Shown here: one piece after another, positions 27,834-38,001 of the stretch
Position numbering within the stretch: position 1 is the first letter of the stretch
Layout: each line of letters begins with the position of its first letter
Source: Bacteroidales bacterium
GTDB lineage: Bacteria; Bacteroidota; Bacteroidia; Bacteroidales; UBA1402
Reading direction: 5' to 3'
Assembly (NCBI GenBank): GCA_035719105.1
Contig: DASTGN010000009.1
Location: forward strand, 72,708-136,707
Length of the DNA stretch: 64,000 bases
Notes under the pieces: model-generated
Told to the model about the DNA's origin: nothing
Databases searched by the model: none
Seen by the model: the letters and a program-made list of their open reading frames with translations, nothing else
Program-made: the position numbers and the translations under genes

Positions 27834-30038
27834 TTGAAAGACATCCTCCTCGTCACGCCTCCTTTCACGCAGTTGAATACGCCCTACCCTGCAACCATTT
27901 ATTTGAAAGGTTTTCTGAACACCAAAAAAATAAGCTGTTACCAGATGGATTTGGGTATTGAGGTGATTGACAAGGTCTTCTCTTTTTCTGGTCTGCAACA
28001 ATTGTTTGAATTGGCATTCAAAAATCAACGCATTTTATCGGCGAATGCAAGGCGTATTTATGCGCTAAAAGACGATTACTGCCGAACGATTGATTCCGTC
28101 ATTGCTTTTCTGCAAGGTAAAAATCAGACCTTGGCCAAACGAATTTGCATAGGTGATTTTCTTCCGCAGGCTGCTCGTTTTGAAACCGAGGCAGATCTGG
28201 AATGGAGTTTTGGCGAAATGGGTGTTCAAGACAAAGCCAAGCATTTATCGACGTTGTATCTGGAAGATTTGTCGGATTTCATTGCCGAATGCATCGATGC
28301 GGATTTTGGGTTCAGTCGTTATGCTGAAAGACTTGGAATGAGCGCCAATAGTTTTGATGAATTATATGCGCATTTGCAAAAACCATGCACGCATTTGGAC
28401 GAAGTGGCTTTGGATCTTTTTGATACTCAATTGAAGCGCGTTCAACCAAAATTGGTCGGCATTTCGGTGCCTTTTCCAGGAAACTTGTACAGCGCTTTCC
28501 GTTGTGCCCAACATCTTAAAAGAAACTATCCGACTATTAAAATTGTTATGGGCGGTGGGTTTCCGAGCACGGAACTTCGTAGCCTTACTGATATCAGAGT
28601 TTTCGAATTCTTCGATTACATCACCTTGGACGATGGCGAATTACCTCTGGAATTATTGATTTCGAACTGCCTGAATCCGATGGAAGAGCATCCCGAATTC
28701 GGATTACTCAAACGGACTTTTGAACTCAAAGATGGTAGGGTGTTCTACAACAATTTCACCCTGAAAAAAGATTATAAGCAAAGTGAATTGGGTACGCCCG
28801 ATTACTCCGATCTGCCGCTGGACAAATACATTTCGGTCATCGAAGTTACCAATCCCATGCACAGTCTTTGGAGCGATGGTCGTTGGAACAAGTTGACCAT
28901 GGCGCATGGTTGTTACTGGGGAAAATGTACGTTTTGTGATGGTTCGCTCGACTATGTCAAACGTTATGAGCCTATTGCGGCCTCTCTTTTAGTGGATAGA
29001 ATGGAGAGAATCATTGCTCAAACGGGTGAACGTGGCTTCCATTTTGTGGACGAAGCAGCTGCTCCATCGCTGATGGCCGCACTCGCCCTGGAAATTATTC
29101 GACGGAATCTGGTCGTTACCTGGTGGACCAACATTCGATTCGAAAAAAGGTTTACGCGCGATTTGTGTCGATTGTTGAAGGCTTCCGGTTGCATTGCCGT
29201 ATCCGGTGGTCTGGAAGTGGCGTCGGATCGCTTGCTAAAGCTCATCAACAAAGGTACCACCGTGGAACAAGTCGCTGTCGTTGCCAATAACTTCACACAA
29301 GAAGGCATGTTGGTCCACGCTTACCTGATGTACGCTTTTCCCACCCAAACGGTTCAGGAAACGGTGGATAGCCTGGAAATGGTCAGGCAGCTGTTTGCAA
29401 ACAACGTCATTCAATCGGGTTTCTGGCATCATTTTGCTTTGACGACTCACAGCCCTGTTGGTAGGGAACCCTCAAAATACGGTGTCATACCGGAGAATAA
29501 AGAAATTACCTTTGCTAAAAACGACGTTCAATTCACCGATAAAACGGGTATAGATCACAACCAGTTCAGTTTTGGCCTCAAAAAATCGCTGTTCAACTTT
29601 ATGAACGGCCTTGGTTTTGATTTGCCTTTGCAGGAGTGGTTCGAATGCAAGATCCCTCAAACCATCGTTTCTAAAGACTTCATTAAGAACTGTTTGAATG
29701 CACCAAAACAGGTTCAATCGGAACCAACGACGCAACTATATTGGTTGGGTGGTATGCCCTTGGTCAAGCAAGTGACCGTCCTTAAAAAAGGCAAGTCGAA
29801 GGAAATGCTTCAGATGACTTTTCACGATAGAACTCAGGAATTGCAAATTCGATTGGATCTTGAAAAGGGAATTTGGTTGCAGGGTATTTTAAAGGAAATG
29901 AGCGTCTTACAAGCAAGACCCTTTCATTTTTCGCAATTCAAGGAAGCCTATCAACAACAATTTTCGGATTTTGAGCTCTTTTGGTTTTCCAAACCTATTT
30001 CTGAATTAAAACAACACGGCTTACTGGCTATTCTATAA
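27834..30038 (+). CDS. Large B12-binding-domain-like radical SAM protein
   Basis: The N-terminus is ILLVTPPFTQLNTPYPA and the cluster site is AHGCYWGKCTFCDG. It uses a TTG start and is 734 aa long. Confidence 0.7.
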   Translation: MKDILLVTPPFTQLNTPYPATIYLKGFLNTKKISCYQMDLGIEVIDKVFSFSGLQQLFELAFKNQRILSANARRIYALKDDYCRTIDSVIAFLQGKNQTLAKRICIGDFLPQAARFETEADLEWSFGEMGVQDKAKHLSTLYLEDLSDFIAECIDADFGFSRYAERLGMSANSFDELYAHLQKPCTHLDEVALDLFDTQLKRVQPKLVGISVPFPGNLYSAFRCAQHLKRNYPTIKIVMGGGFPSTELRSLTDIRVFEFFDYITLDDGELPLELLISNCLNPMEEHPEFGLLKRTFELKDGRVFYNNFTLKKDYKQSELGTPDYSDLPLDKYISVIEVTNPMHSLWSDGRWNKLTMAHGCYWGKCTFCDGSLDYVKRYEPIAASLLVDRMERIIAQTGERGFHFVDEAAAPSLMAALALEIIRRNLVVTWWTNIRFEKRFTRDLCRLLKASGCIAVSGGLEVASDRLLKLINKGTTVEQVAVVANNFTQEGMLVHAYLMYAFPTQTVQETVDSLEMVRQLFANNVIQSGFWHHFALTTHSPVGREPSKYGVIPENKEITFAKNDVQFTDKTGIDHNQFSFGLKKSLFNFMNGLGFDLPLQEWFECKIPQTIVSKDFIKNCLNAPKQVQSEPTTQLYWLGGMPLVKQVTVLKKGKSKEMLQMTFHDRTQELQIRLDLEKGIWLQGILKEMSVLQARPFHFSQFKEAYQQQFSDFELFWFSKPISELKQHGLLAIL

Positions 30039-30050
30039 AAACTTATCAAA

Positions 30051-30941
30051 ATGCAAAAAGGCGCCCCCATAAGGCTCAACAAATACATCAGCGAAAGCGG
30101 CTTATGCTCACGCAGGGAAGCGGACAAATACATTGAAAACGGTCACGTGTTCATCAATGGAAAACGTGCGGTAATCGGTGATCAAGTCAAACCGGGTGAT
30201 CGGGTTCGTGTAAGTGGTCAGGACATTGAACCTCACGAGCGCGAACTCAATATTTTCATTGCGCTCAACAAACCGGTTGGAGTGACTTCGACCACGGAAG
30301 AAGGGGTTTCCAACAACATTGTCGATTACGTGAACTACGGCAAGCGTATTTTCCCGATTGGTCGGCTTGACAAGGATTCCCAAGGTCTTATCTTTTTGAC
30401 GAACAACGGAGATTTGGTCAACAAAATTCTGCGGGCTGGCAACAACCACGAAAAAGAATACGTGGTAACCGTGAACAAACCCTTGACGGAAGAGGTTTTA
30501 AAGGGAATGAGTGGTGGCGTTCCGATGTTGGGTGTCACCACACGTAAATGCAAGATTGTACAAGAAGCACCCAATCGTTTTCGCATCATTTTGATTCAGG
30601 GTTTGAACCGTCAAATTCGTCGAATGTGCGAACATTACGGATACGAAGTGACCAAACTGGAACGAATCCGCATCATGAACATTGACCTTAAGGGTTTGCC
30701 GTTGGGTGATTGGAGGGAATTAACGGAAAAGGAAATGGCTACGCTTTATTCCTTGATCGAAGACTCTTCATCCGAACATTTGAAAAACCCCAAAAAGGCG
30801 GCAGTCAAAAAAACACCCCATACCAACAAGGATATGAGGGGTACTCAAAAGTCGGTTCCAAATTCTAAAAAATCGACCTCTGGCAAACCAGCAGGTCGAA
30901 AGAACATGAAGGGCGCGGCTCCGCGTAAACGCAATAAATGA
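30051..30941 (+). CDS. rluF: RsuA/RluF-family rRNA pseudouridine synthase with basic C-terminal tail
   Basis: An S4 domain is followed by the catalytic motif [10 protein letters not shown]. The tail is rich in K/R. Confidence 0.85.
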   Translation: MQKGAPIRLNKYISESGLCSRREADKYIENGHVFINGKRAVIGDQVKPGDRVRVSGQDIEPHERELNIFIALNKPVGVTSTTEEGVSNNIVDYVNYGKRIFPIGRLDKDSQGLIFLTNNGDLVNKILRAGNNHEKEYVVTVNKPLTEEVLKGMSGGVPMLGVTTRKCKIVQEAPNRFRIILIQGLNRQIRRMCEHYGYEVTKLERIRIMNIDLKGLPLGDWRELTEKEMATLYSLIEDSSSEHLKNPKKAAVKKTPHTNKDMRGTQKSVPNSKKSTSGKPAGRKNMKGAAPRKRNK

Positions 30942-31690
30942 TCGTATTTAAATATAAGGTAGGGGTATAAAAACCGAAGAGAGCGACCTTTTCGGATCGC
31001 TCTCCAACTCCGGTACAAAAGCTCAGCTCTGTCCGTCTGCAAGTCAACATCCTATAAACGATTTGACACTTACCGTCGGAATTGACGAATTACTTCATCA
31101 TTCTTAGTCAGATAACACTCAATTCGCTTAAAGAGATCCATTTATCATTGGTAATCAGGCAGTTTCTCTTCACTTTCTGAATGATTGCTCATTCATTATT
31201 TTCAGATTTTCTACTTATCCTCCAAGACTCTCTGATCTTCTTTTCAGATATCATGTCCAGGCATCGTAACAGAATACAAGGTTTAAACTTCCATCCTCTA
31301 TGGGATATCGCTCAAATCGTCTGGTAGCTCATAAGTTACTTGTTGAAACCTATCTACATCGACTTCCGACAAAGTCTTTGATCGACTGACTGTGTTCCAG
31401 GTGAAAAAGCATTGAACAGGGTCATTAAATTGTTTTATTTCTCAATAAAACACCTCAATCACGATGTAATACCTTACCAGCAGTACCTTAAAACGCCTTG
31501 CAATACCACGCTTCGTATTGCTTCAAATATAGTCATGAGATTTACGAAAAACAAAGTAATTGGTATTATTTTATCGTTATGTATTGAATATTTTATCGTT
31601 AATATATAACACGTTGTCAAACAACCACTTAACAATTTTAGGATTCCGATCAGATTCTAAAAATTCCCTTGACATGTCGTGGTAAATTCG

Positions 31691-31698
31691 TACATTTG
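31691..31698 (+). promoter_or_regulatory. TAnnTTTG -7 box candidate upstream of the DUF4494 gene
   Basis: TACATTTG lies about 47 bp upstream of the ATG at 31745. This is a motif match only. Confidence 0.25.
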
Positions 31699-31744
31699 TA
31701 TACGGAAAAATACAAATACATAATACAACTAACTGATACACAAG

Positions 31745-32206
31745 ATGGTTACAATGCACAACTGGTTTGAATGCAAAATTCAATACGATAAAATTGGCAC
31801 GGATGACGGCAAGCAAAAAAAGGTAACGGATACGTATTTAGTAGACGCTCTGAGTTTTACAGAAGCCGAAGCCCGGATCATCGAAGTGGTGCGCCCTTAT
31901 ATGACCGGTGAGTTCACAGTAGCGAACATCAAACGAGCCAAAGTTTACGAAATTTTCGAATCGCCTACTGGAGACCGTTGGTATCGGGCCAAAGTCTTGT
32001 TTGTTGTCCTGGATCAGGAAAAAGGAACCGAAAAGAAAATTCCCAGTACGATGCTGATTCAAGCCGAGGACATCAAAGATGCACTCAACAAGTTGGAAGA
32101 AGGCATGAAGGGCACCATGAGCGATTATGAAATAGCAATGATTACCGACACGCCCATTTTGGATGTGGTGCCTTATGGTGCTGGAAAAGATAAAGACGAA
32201 GATTAA
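31745..32206 (+). CDS. DUF4494-like conserved hypothetical protein
   Basis: NWFECKIQYDK and LVDALSFTEAEARIIE match what I recall of this Bacteroidota family. Confidence 0.6.
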   Translation: MVTMHNWFECKIQYDKIGTDDGKQKKVTDTYLVDALSFTEAEARIIEVVRPYMTGEFTVANIKRAKVYEIFESPTGDRWYRAKVLFVVLDQEKGTEKKIPSTMLIQAEDIKDALNKLEEGMKGTMSDYEIAMITDTPILDVVPYGAGKDKDED

Positions 32207-32210
32207 AAAC

Positions 32211-32867
32211 ATGTCCATTACCAACGAAATCCACCGGTTGCATCAGGAACTGCCCTCCACTACCAAATTGGTGGCCGTTTCCAAATTTCACCCTGCAGAA
32301 GCCATTGAAGAAGCTTATGCTGCAGGGCAACGGATTTTCGGTGAAAGCAGGGTGCAGGAACTCTGCGAAAAGCGGCCTCTCCTACCCCAGGATATTGAAT
32401 GGCATTTCATAGGACACCTCCAAACCAACAAAATCAAGCAAATCGTTCCGTTTGTTTCATTGATTCATGGCGTAGACAGTGCCAAGTTGCTTGGAGAGAT
32501 CAACAAGGAAGGTGAGAAAATCGGGCGTGTAGTCCCCTGCCTATTACAACTCTTTGTAGCACAAGAGGAAACCAAGTTCGGGCTTTCTCCTTCAGAATGC
32601 AGGGATTTGGTTGATAAAAGGGACCAATACCCCTATGTTCAATTATGCGGATTAATGGGAATGGCCAGCTTGACTGAAAACCAGACACAAATCCGTTCGG
32701 AATTCAAACTATTGAAATCCTTGTTTGATGAACTGAGATTAAAATTAAACACACCTTATTTCAAGGAATTGTCCATGGGAATGTCCCAAGATTATGCTTT
32801 GGCTGTGGAATGCGGAAGCACCATGGTTCGCATAGGCAGCCGCATTTTTGGATTCAGACAATATTAA
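32211..32867 (+). CDS. yggS: YggS-family PLP homeostasis protein
   Basis: VAVSKFHP contains the PLP lysine, and HFIGHLQTNK and SMGMSQDY are present. I prefer the ATG at 32211. Confidence 0.88.
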   Translation: MSITNEIHRLHQELPSTTKLVAVSKFHPAEAIEEAYAAGQRIFGESRVQELCEKRPLLPQDIEWHFIGHLQTNKIKQIVPFVSLIHGVDSAKLLGEINKEGEKIGRVVPCLLQLFVAQEETKFGLSPSECRDLVDKRDQYPYVQLCGLMGMASLTENQTQIRSEFKLLKSLFDELRLKLNTPYFKELSMGMSQDYALAVECGSTMVRIGSRIFGFRQY

Positions 32868-32873
32868 TAAAAA

Positions 32874-33317
32874 TCAAAGCGGAATCTTGTCGATGCGTGT
32901 TTGATGGCGACCACCATCAAAAGGGGTGTTGAAAAAGACTTCGACAATAGCGATGGCATCCTCCTTGCTCATATAACGACCTGGAAGACAGAGGACATTC
33001 GCATTATTGTGCTGTCTGGATAGTTTAGCAATCTCGGTGTTCCAAGCAAGTGCGGCGCGGATGCCTTGATGCTTGTTGGCGGTCATGCATGCACCTTGAC
33101 CTGAGCCACAAATGGCGATGCCAAGGGTTGATTCGCCATCTTCTATAGCTTCTGCCATAGGATGAACAAAATCTGCGTAGTCGACGCTTTCGGGTGAGTA
33201 CGTACCGAAGTTCGTAAATTCGATGTTTTTGGCGGTCAGCCAGTCAAGGATAGATTCTTTTAGTTCATAACCGGCGTGATCACTGCATATCGCCACCGGG
33301 TTGTCGTCCGAGTTCAT
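32874..33317 (-). CDS. rpiB: Ribose-5-phosphate isomerase B
   Basis: CGSGQGACMTANK is present. Length is 147 aa. Confidence 0.9.
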   Translation of the reverse strand: MNSDDNPVAICSDHAGYELKESILDWLTAKNIEFTNFGTYSPESVDYADFVHPMAEAIEDGESTLGIAICGSGQGACMTANKHQGIRAALAWNTEIAKLSRQHNNANVLCLPGRYMSKEDAIAIVEVFFNTPFDGGRHQTRIDKIPL

Positions 33318-33371
33318 AGGTTTTGCAAATTGGTTAGTTGAAACAAAAGTATAAAGATTTAATGAATAAAC

Positions 33372-33413
33372 AAAAAGAGCCGGGCCAACGTTACGTACAC
33401 CCGGCTCTTTTTT
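33372..33413 (-). terminator. Hairpin terminator downstream of tkt
   Basis: AAAAAGAGCCGGG pairs with CCCGGCTCTTTTT. The flanking A/T runs would allow it to act in either direction. Confidence 0.7.
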
Positions 33414-33423
33414 AAGGATTATC

Positions 33424-35445
33424 TTATTTCAGTAAGGATTTTACCTGGTTGTAGACATTCACTCCTGTAAATCCGAGTTTTTCGTCCAAAACTTTGTAAG
33501 GAGCAGAGAAACCAAAGGATTCAAGCCCCCAGATGCTACCATTTTCACCGACCAGACCAAGCAGATTGACCGGCAAACCTGCCGTCATGCCGAACCTTTT
33601 TACGCCAACTGGCAATACAGATGCCTGGTATTCAGCAGATTGATTGCGGAACAAACCTTCGGAAGGAACAGATACAATACGAACCTTGACACCGTCATTA
33701 CGGAGCAACGCGGCACCTTCCACCAAGGTAGCCACTTCGGAACCCGAAGCAAGCAATACCACATCGGGGTTCCCGTCACATTCAACCACATAGGCGCCTT
33801 GAGCAGCCTTAGAAGCTTGTGCGTAACTGGTTCCTGGAAGATCAGCAATGTTTTGACGACTCAAGATAAAGCCGGTCGGGGTCGTTGTATTTTCGAGTGC
33901 CAATTGATAAGCAACAGTCGTTTCTTGAACATCAGCCGGACGCAAAACCAACATGGAATTTTGGCCGTGGTGATTTTTCAATTTTTCCATCAGACGAATC
34001 TGAGCTTCTTGTTCGACAGGTTCGTGAGTGGGGCCGTCTTCACCAACACGGAAGGCATCGTGTGTCCAGATGAATTTGACTGGAACACCCATTAAAGCGG
34101 CCATGCGAACGGCGGGTTTCATATAGTCGGAGAATACGAAGAATGTACCGCAAGCAGGGATGACACCTCCGTGCAGACCCATTCCGATGCAAACGCAGGC
34201 CATGGTGAGTTCGGCAACTCCAGCTTGGAGAAATGCTCCGCTGAAATCATCCTTGGTCATAGCCTTGGTATTTTTGAGGAAACCGTCGGTTTTGTCTGAA
34301 TTGGACAAATCGGCAGAAGCGACAATCATGTTTTCTACATTCTTGGCCAGAAAGCCAAGGACGGTGGCAGAAGCTGCGCGGGTGGCTTGGCCCGGCTTTT
34401 GTTCGATGGATGCCCAGTCTACTTTTGGTGCGACACCGGCAAACCAACTTTCCATCTTGGCGGCAGCTTCGGGGTTTTTGGCAGCCCAATCAGCTTTTGC
34501 AGCATGACGTTCAGCTACAATGCTTTCGAGTTCGGAAGCACGTTTGGCATAAAGTTCAGCCACTTCTGGAAACACAACGAAAGGATTTTCGGGATTTCCA
34601 CCGAGATTAATGATGGATTTTTCAAAACTGGCACCACATTCGCTAAGTGGCATACCGTGAGTGGCACATTTTCTTTCGAAGTTGCTGCCGTCGGCTGTCA
34701 ATGCACCTTTGCCCATGATGGTCTTACCAATGATGAGGGTCGGTTTACCTTGTACAGCTTGTGCTTTTTTCAATGCGTCACGAAGCTGTTCCACGTTGCT
34801 ACCTTCTGCTTCGAGCACTTCCCAGCCCCAGGCTTTGTACTTGGCTGCGGTATCTTCGCTCGATACGGAATTGGTTTCAGTGGAAAGTTGAATATCGTTG
34901 GAATCGTAAAACATGATGAGGTTGTCCAGACCCAAATGTCCTGCCAAACGTCCTGCACCTTGAGAAATTTCTTCCTGAACACCTCCGTCGGAAATGTAGG
35001 CGTAAATGGTTTGGTTCATCCGATCACCGAATTTGGTTTTCAGGAATTTGGCAGCGATGGCTGCACCAACACCATAGGTATGACCTTGTCCAAGTGGGCC
35101 TGAGGTATTTTCAATACCACGTGCCACATCCACTTCAGGATGGCCTGGAGTCGGGCTTTCCCATTGACGGAACTGCTTGAGTTCGTCCATGCTGAACTTG
35201 CCAGCCAGAGCCAATTGGGAGTAAAGCATTGGTGACATGTGACCTGGGTCTAAGAAAAAGCGGTCGCGACCTTCCCATTTCGGGTTTTTGGGATCATAAA
35301 CTAAGAATTCGGAATAAAGGAGATTGATAAAATCGGCTCCTCCCATGGCGCCTCCCGGATGACCGGATTTGGCTTTTTCGACCATGGATGCAGCCAAAAT
35401 GCGGATATTATCGGCTGCTTTGTTTAAAAGGGCGGTGTTATTCAT
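33424..35445 (-). CDS. tkt: Transketolase
   Basis: SGHPGG, GPLGQG, the GDG-like TPP motif SDGGVQEG and DGPTHEP are present. From the ATG at 35445 the protein is 673 aa. The ORF extension to 35694 was rejected. Confidence 0.95.
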   Translation of the reverse strand: MNNTALLNKAADNIRILAASMVEKAKSGHPGGAMGGADFINLLYSEFLVYDPKNPKWEGRDRFFLDPGHMSPMLYSQLALAGKFSMDELKQFRQWESPTPGHPEVDVARGIENTSGPLGQGHTYGVGAAIAAKFLKTKFGDRMNQTIYAYISDGGVQEEISQGAGRLAGHLGLDNLIMFYDSNDIQLSTETNSVSSEDTAAKYKAWGWEVLEAEGSNVEQLRDALKKAQAVQGKPTLIIGKTIMGKGALTADGSNFERKCATHGMPLSECGASFEKSIINLGGNPENPFVVFPEVAELYAKRASELESIVAERHAAKADWAAKNPEAAAKMESWFAGVAPKVDWASIEQKPGQATRAASATVLGFLAKNVENMIVASADLSNSDKTDGFLKNTKAMTKDDFSGAFLQAGVAELTMACVCIGMGLHGGVIPACGTFFVFSDYMKPAVRMAALMGVPVKFIWTHDAFRVGEDGPTHEPVEQEAQIRLMEKLKNHHGQNSMLVLRPADVQETTVAYQLALENTTTPTGFILSRQNIADLPGTSYAQASKAAQGAYVVECDGNPDVVLLASGSEVATLVEGAALLRNDGVKVRIVSVPSEGLFRNQSAEYQASVLPVGVKRFGMTAGLPVNLLGLVGENGSIWGLESFGFSAPYKVLDEKLGFTGVNVYNQVKSLLK

Positions 35446-35499
35446 ACGTTGGCTTGAAAATTTTGTCAAAGATACGGAATGTTTGCTAAATTTGCCTTT

Positions 35500-37992
35500 A
35501 TGAAAAGGACAATTTACACCATTATATATGTCTTTCTGGTTGTTTTCGGTTCTGTTTTGAAAGTTCATTCTATTCCTGCCATCCGAAAACCAATTGAAGT
35601 AATCCAACCCGACGGTACGAAGTTGACCCTCTTGTTGAGTGGGGATGAATACTTGCATATTGCTCAAACCGAAGATGGCTATGATCTGAAGCAAAACGAG
35701 GCGGGTTTCTATACCTATGCAACTAGAGACGCGGAAGGCAAGCTGATTTCCAGTGATCGAATCGCTCGCAATTTGGCCGACCGCTCCGATTCGGATGCGA
35801 CATACCTTCGTACGATCCGTTCCGACGTCAAGTTTTCTGGAACGGTATTAAATAAAGCGTTGCAAAAGCGTATGAGTGCCCGCTTGAAGGGTAGTACCTT
35901 TTTACGGAGCAGTTCCAGCATTCCTGCGGGTTTGATTGCAGATTATCCCAGAACTGGATCTCCAAAATCCCTGGTCATCCTAGTTAATTTCTTGGATATA
36001 AGCTTTCAAACCAACAACAACAGTTCAGCTTTCAACGACATGTTGAACAAACCCGGATACAACGTCAACAAACATGTGGGCAGTGTAAAAGACTATTACA
36101 AATACAATTCCGGCGGATTATTTGATCCGAATTTCGTCGTTGTTGGTCCGGTAATCGTTCCTCATTCAGAATCTTATTACGGCGCAAACGATTCTCTAGG
36201 CAACGACAAACGTCCTGCTCAAATGGTTTATGATGCTTGTGTAAAGGCAGCAGATTTGGTGGATTTCGCCGAATTTGACGCTGACGTCAATGGGACTGTG
36301 GACAACATCTTTATTTACTATGCAGGCAAAGGTGAAGCAGACGGAGGTGGTGAAAATACGATATGGCCACATTCCTTTTCATTATCAAACGCCGGTTTAA
36401 ATTTGACGTTGGATGGTAAAAAAATTGATGACTATGCCTGCAGTAGTGAATTGGATGGTTTTACCGGAAAAATGACCGGCATAGGTGGGTTCACACACGA
36501 ATACAGCCACATACTGGGGTTGGCGGACATGTATGATGTGGATTACAATCAATACAATGGACAGGGCTTTGACTTGAATTACTGGTCGTTGATGGCTTGG
36601 GGTTCTTACAACAACGAATCTTGTACACCGCCCTGTTTGTCATTGCCTGAACGCTATTTGTTGGGGTGGGCCACTCCTACCGAACTGGATCCCTCACAGA
36701 CGGTGACATTGTCTGACTTTGGGTCCACCAATAACGGCTGTATGATTAAAACAGATAATGACGGTGAATATTTTCTTCTTGAAAATCGGCAGCAAACCAA
36801 GAATGTTTGGGATGCCTATTTGCCTTATCACGGGTTGCTTATCTACCACTTGGATTTAAGAACGGATCAAACCCTCTTGGTTAATTACTGGGGAACGACG
36901 TATTCGTTTCGACCGAGTGAAATGTGGAGGTACAATGTCGTCAATGCGGTGGCCAATCACCAATGTTGCGACCTGGAAGAAGCGGACAATCAGCGTTTGT
37001 TTAGAACCGGAAGCAACGAAACCAGTTATTTGAACAATTTAAAAGGTGATCCGTTTCCAGGAACAGCAGGAATCACTCAATTTACAGATTATTCATTGCC
37101 TTCAATGAAGTCTTGGAGTGGCGCAAACCTTACTAAGCCCATAACTGCTATCACGGAGTCGAATGGGGAGATACAATTTAAATTTAAGGATTTTTCTGGT
37201 TTTAACAAATCGCCGACGATATTGGCCGCCACTGAAGTTTGGCCCTATTCATTCACGGCATTGTGGAATTCTGTCAATAATGCCACTGGGTATTTCATTG
37301 ACGTTTTCACCTTAGACAAATCTAAAAATCCGTATGAGAAGGTTTTTTTGAGTGATTACCAAAGCAGATTGGTTACCGACACAGCTTTATCGGTTGTGGT
37401 ACCAGACGACTTGACCACCTATTATTATCAGGTTAGAGCTACGATCAACAATCAACTTTTCACAGTCCTCTCCGATAGCATGTCTGTGACGACGACGGAT
37501 GGAAAACCTGTAGCCCTGCCGGCCACTTTGATTGAGCCGTTTACGTTTAAAGCCAATTGGAATTCACCCCAGTATGCCACTGGATTTTATTTGGACGTTT
37601 TTTCAATTGATGAAACAACCAACGACACCTCCTGGACTGCGGGCTATCACAATTTATTCTTGACTAAGAACTTTCAGACCATCCGTGAACTGGATGACCA
37701 AACTTCCTATCGATATCGAGTACGGGCAACGAACGGAATAACCATTTCCAGAAGTTCTGATGAAATGCGTTTGACGACCGCCAAAGCTTCCGGAATTCTA
37801 GCATATGTATCTGATAGAGTATTGAATTTGAAGGGAATGGACAAGGGTGGAAAAGTGTTGATTCATTCTTTGGATGGGAAGTTGGTCCTGACCTCTTTTT
37901 CCAATCGAATCTACCTGGGCCGACCCGGCATTTACCTCATCACAGCGTCCTTCAATGGCAAACTAAAACAATTGAAGCTACTGGTTCCTTAA
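35500..37992 (+). CDS. Secreted M6 (immune inhibitor A-like) metalloprotease with FN3-like repeats and T9SS C-terminal sorting domain
   Basis: The zinc motif is HEYSHILGLADMYD. Two FN3-like repeats are present (FTALWNS, YYYQVRA; FKANWNS, YRYRVRA). The C-terminal ~80 aa beta-rich domain ends in KLKQLKLLVP. Confidence 0.8.
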   Translation: MKRTIYTIIYVFLVVFGSVLKVHSIPAIRKPIEVIQPDGTKLTLLLSGDEYLHIAQTEDGYDLKQNEAGFYTYATRDAEGKLISSDRIARNLADRSDSDATYLRTIRSDVKFSGTVLNKALQKRMSARLKGSTFLRSSSSIPAGLIADYPRTGSPKSLVILVNFLDISFQTNNNSSAFNDMLNKPGYNVNKHVGSVKDYYKYNSGGLFDPNFVVVGPVIVPHSESYYGANDSLGNDKRPAQMVYDACVKAADLVDFAEFDADVNGTVDNIFIYYAGKGEADGGGENTIWPHSFSLSNAGLNLTLDGKKIDDYACSSELDGFTGKMTGIGGFTHEYSHILGLADMYDVDYNQYNGQGFDLNYWSLMAWGSYNNESCTPPCLSLPERYLLGWATPTELDPSQTVTLSDFGSTNNGCMIKTDNDGEYFLLENRQQTKNVWDAYLPYHGLLIYHLDLRTDQTLLVNYWGTTYSFRPSEMWRYNVVNAVANHQCCDLEEADNQRLFRTGSNETSYLNNLKGDPFPGTAGITQFTDYSLPSMKSWSGANLTKPITAITESNGEIQFKFKDFSGFNKSPTILAATEVWPYSFTALWNSVNNATGYFIDVFTLDKSKNPYEKVFLSDYQSRLVTDTALSVVVPDDLTTYYYQVRATINNQLFTVLSDSMSVTTTDGKPVALPATLIEPFTFKANWNSPQYATGFYLDVFSIDETTNDTSWTAGYHNLFLTKNFQTIRELDDQTSYRYRVRATNGITISRSSDEMRLTTAKASGILAYVSDRVLNLKGMDKGGKVLIHSLDGKLVLTSFSNRIYLGRPGIYLITASFNGKLKQLKLLVP

Positions 37993-38001
37993 ATTTATTT
38001 T

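Noticed and set aside
30975-31005. A hairpin, GAGAGCGA...TCGCTCTC, lies downstream of rluF and could be a terminator.
   Set aside because: The stem is present, but no T-run follows it on the plus strand. Only a weak T-tract follows on the minus strand, where no gene ends. The evidence is too weak to annotate.
31412-31816. Two small ORFs (65 aa on the plus strand, 79 aa on the minus strand) lie in the large intergenic gap.
   Set aside because: The sequence is very AT-rich, the peptides are low-complexity and rich in I, N, K, F and Y, they overlap each other, and neither has a motif. They are more likely non-coding promoter or leader DNA.
34387-35103. A 238-aa ORF lies on the plus strand inside tkt.
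   Set aside because: It is antisense to an unmistakable transketolase gene, and its composition is typical of shadow frames.
35446-35694. The transketolase ORF has an upstream 83-codon extension (MLQIIAIFG...).
   Set aside because: The extension has no similarity to transketolase N-termini. It would run through the divergent promoter and into the M6 protease coding start. The ATG at 35445 gives the canonical MNNTALLNKAADNIR N-terminus.
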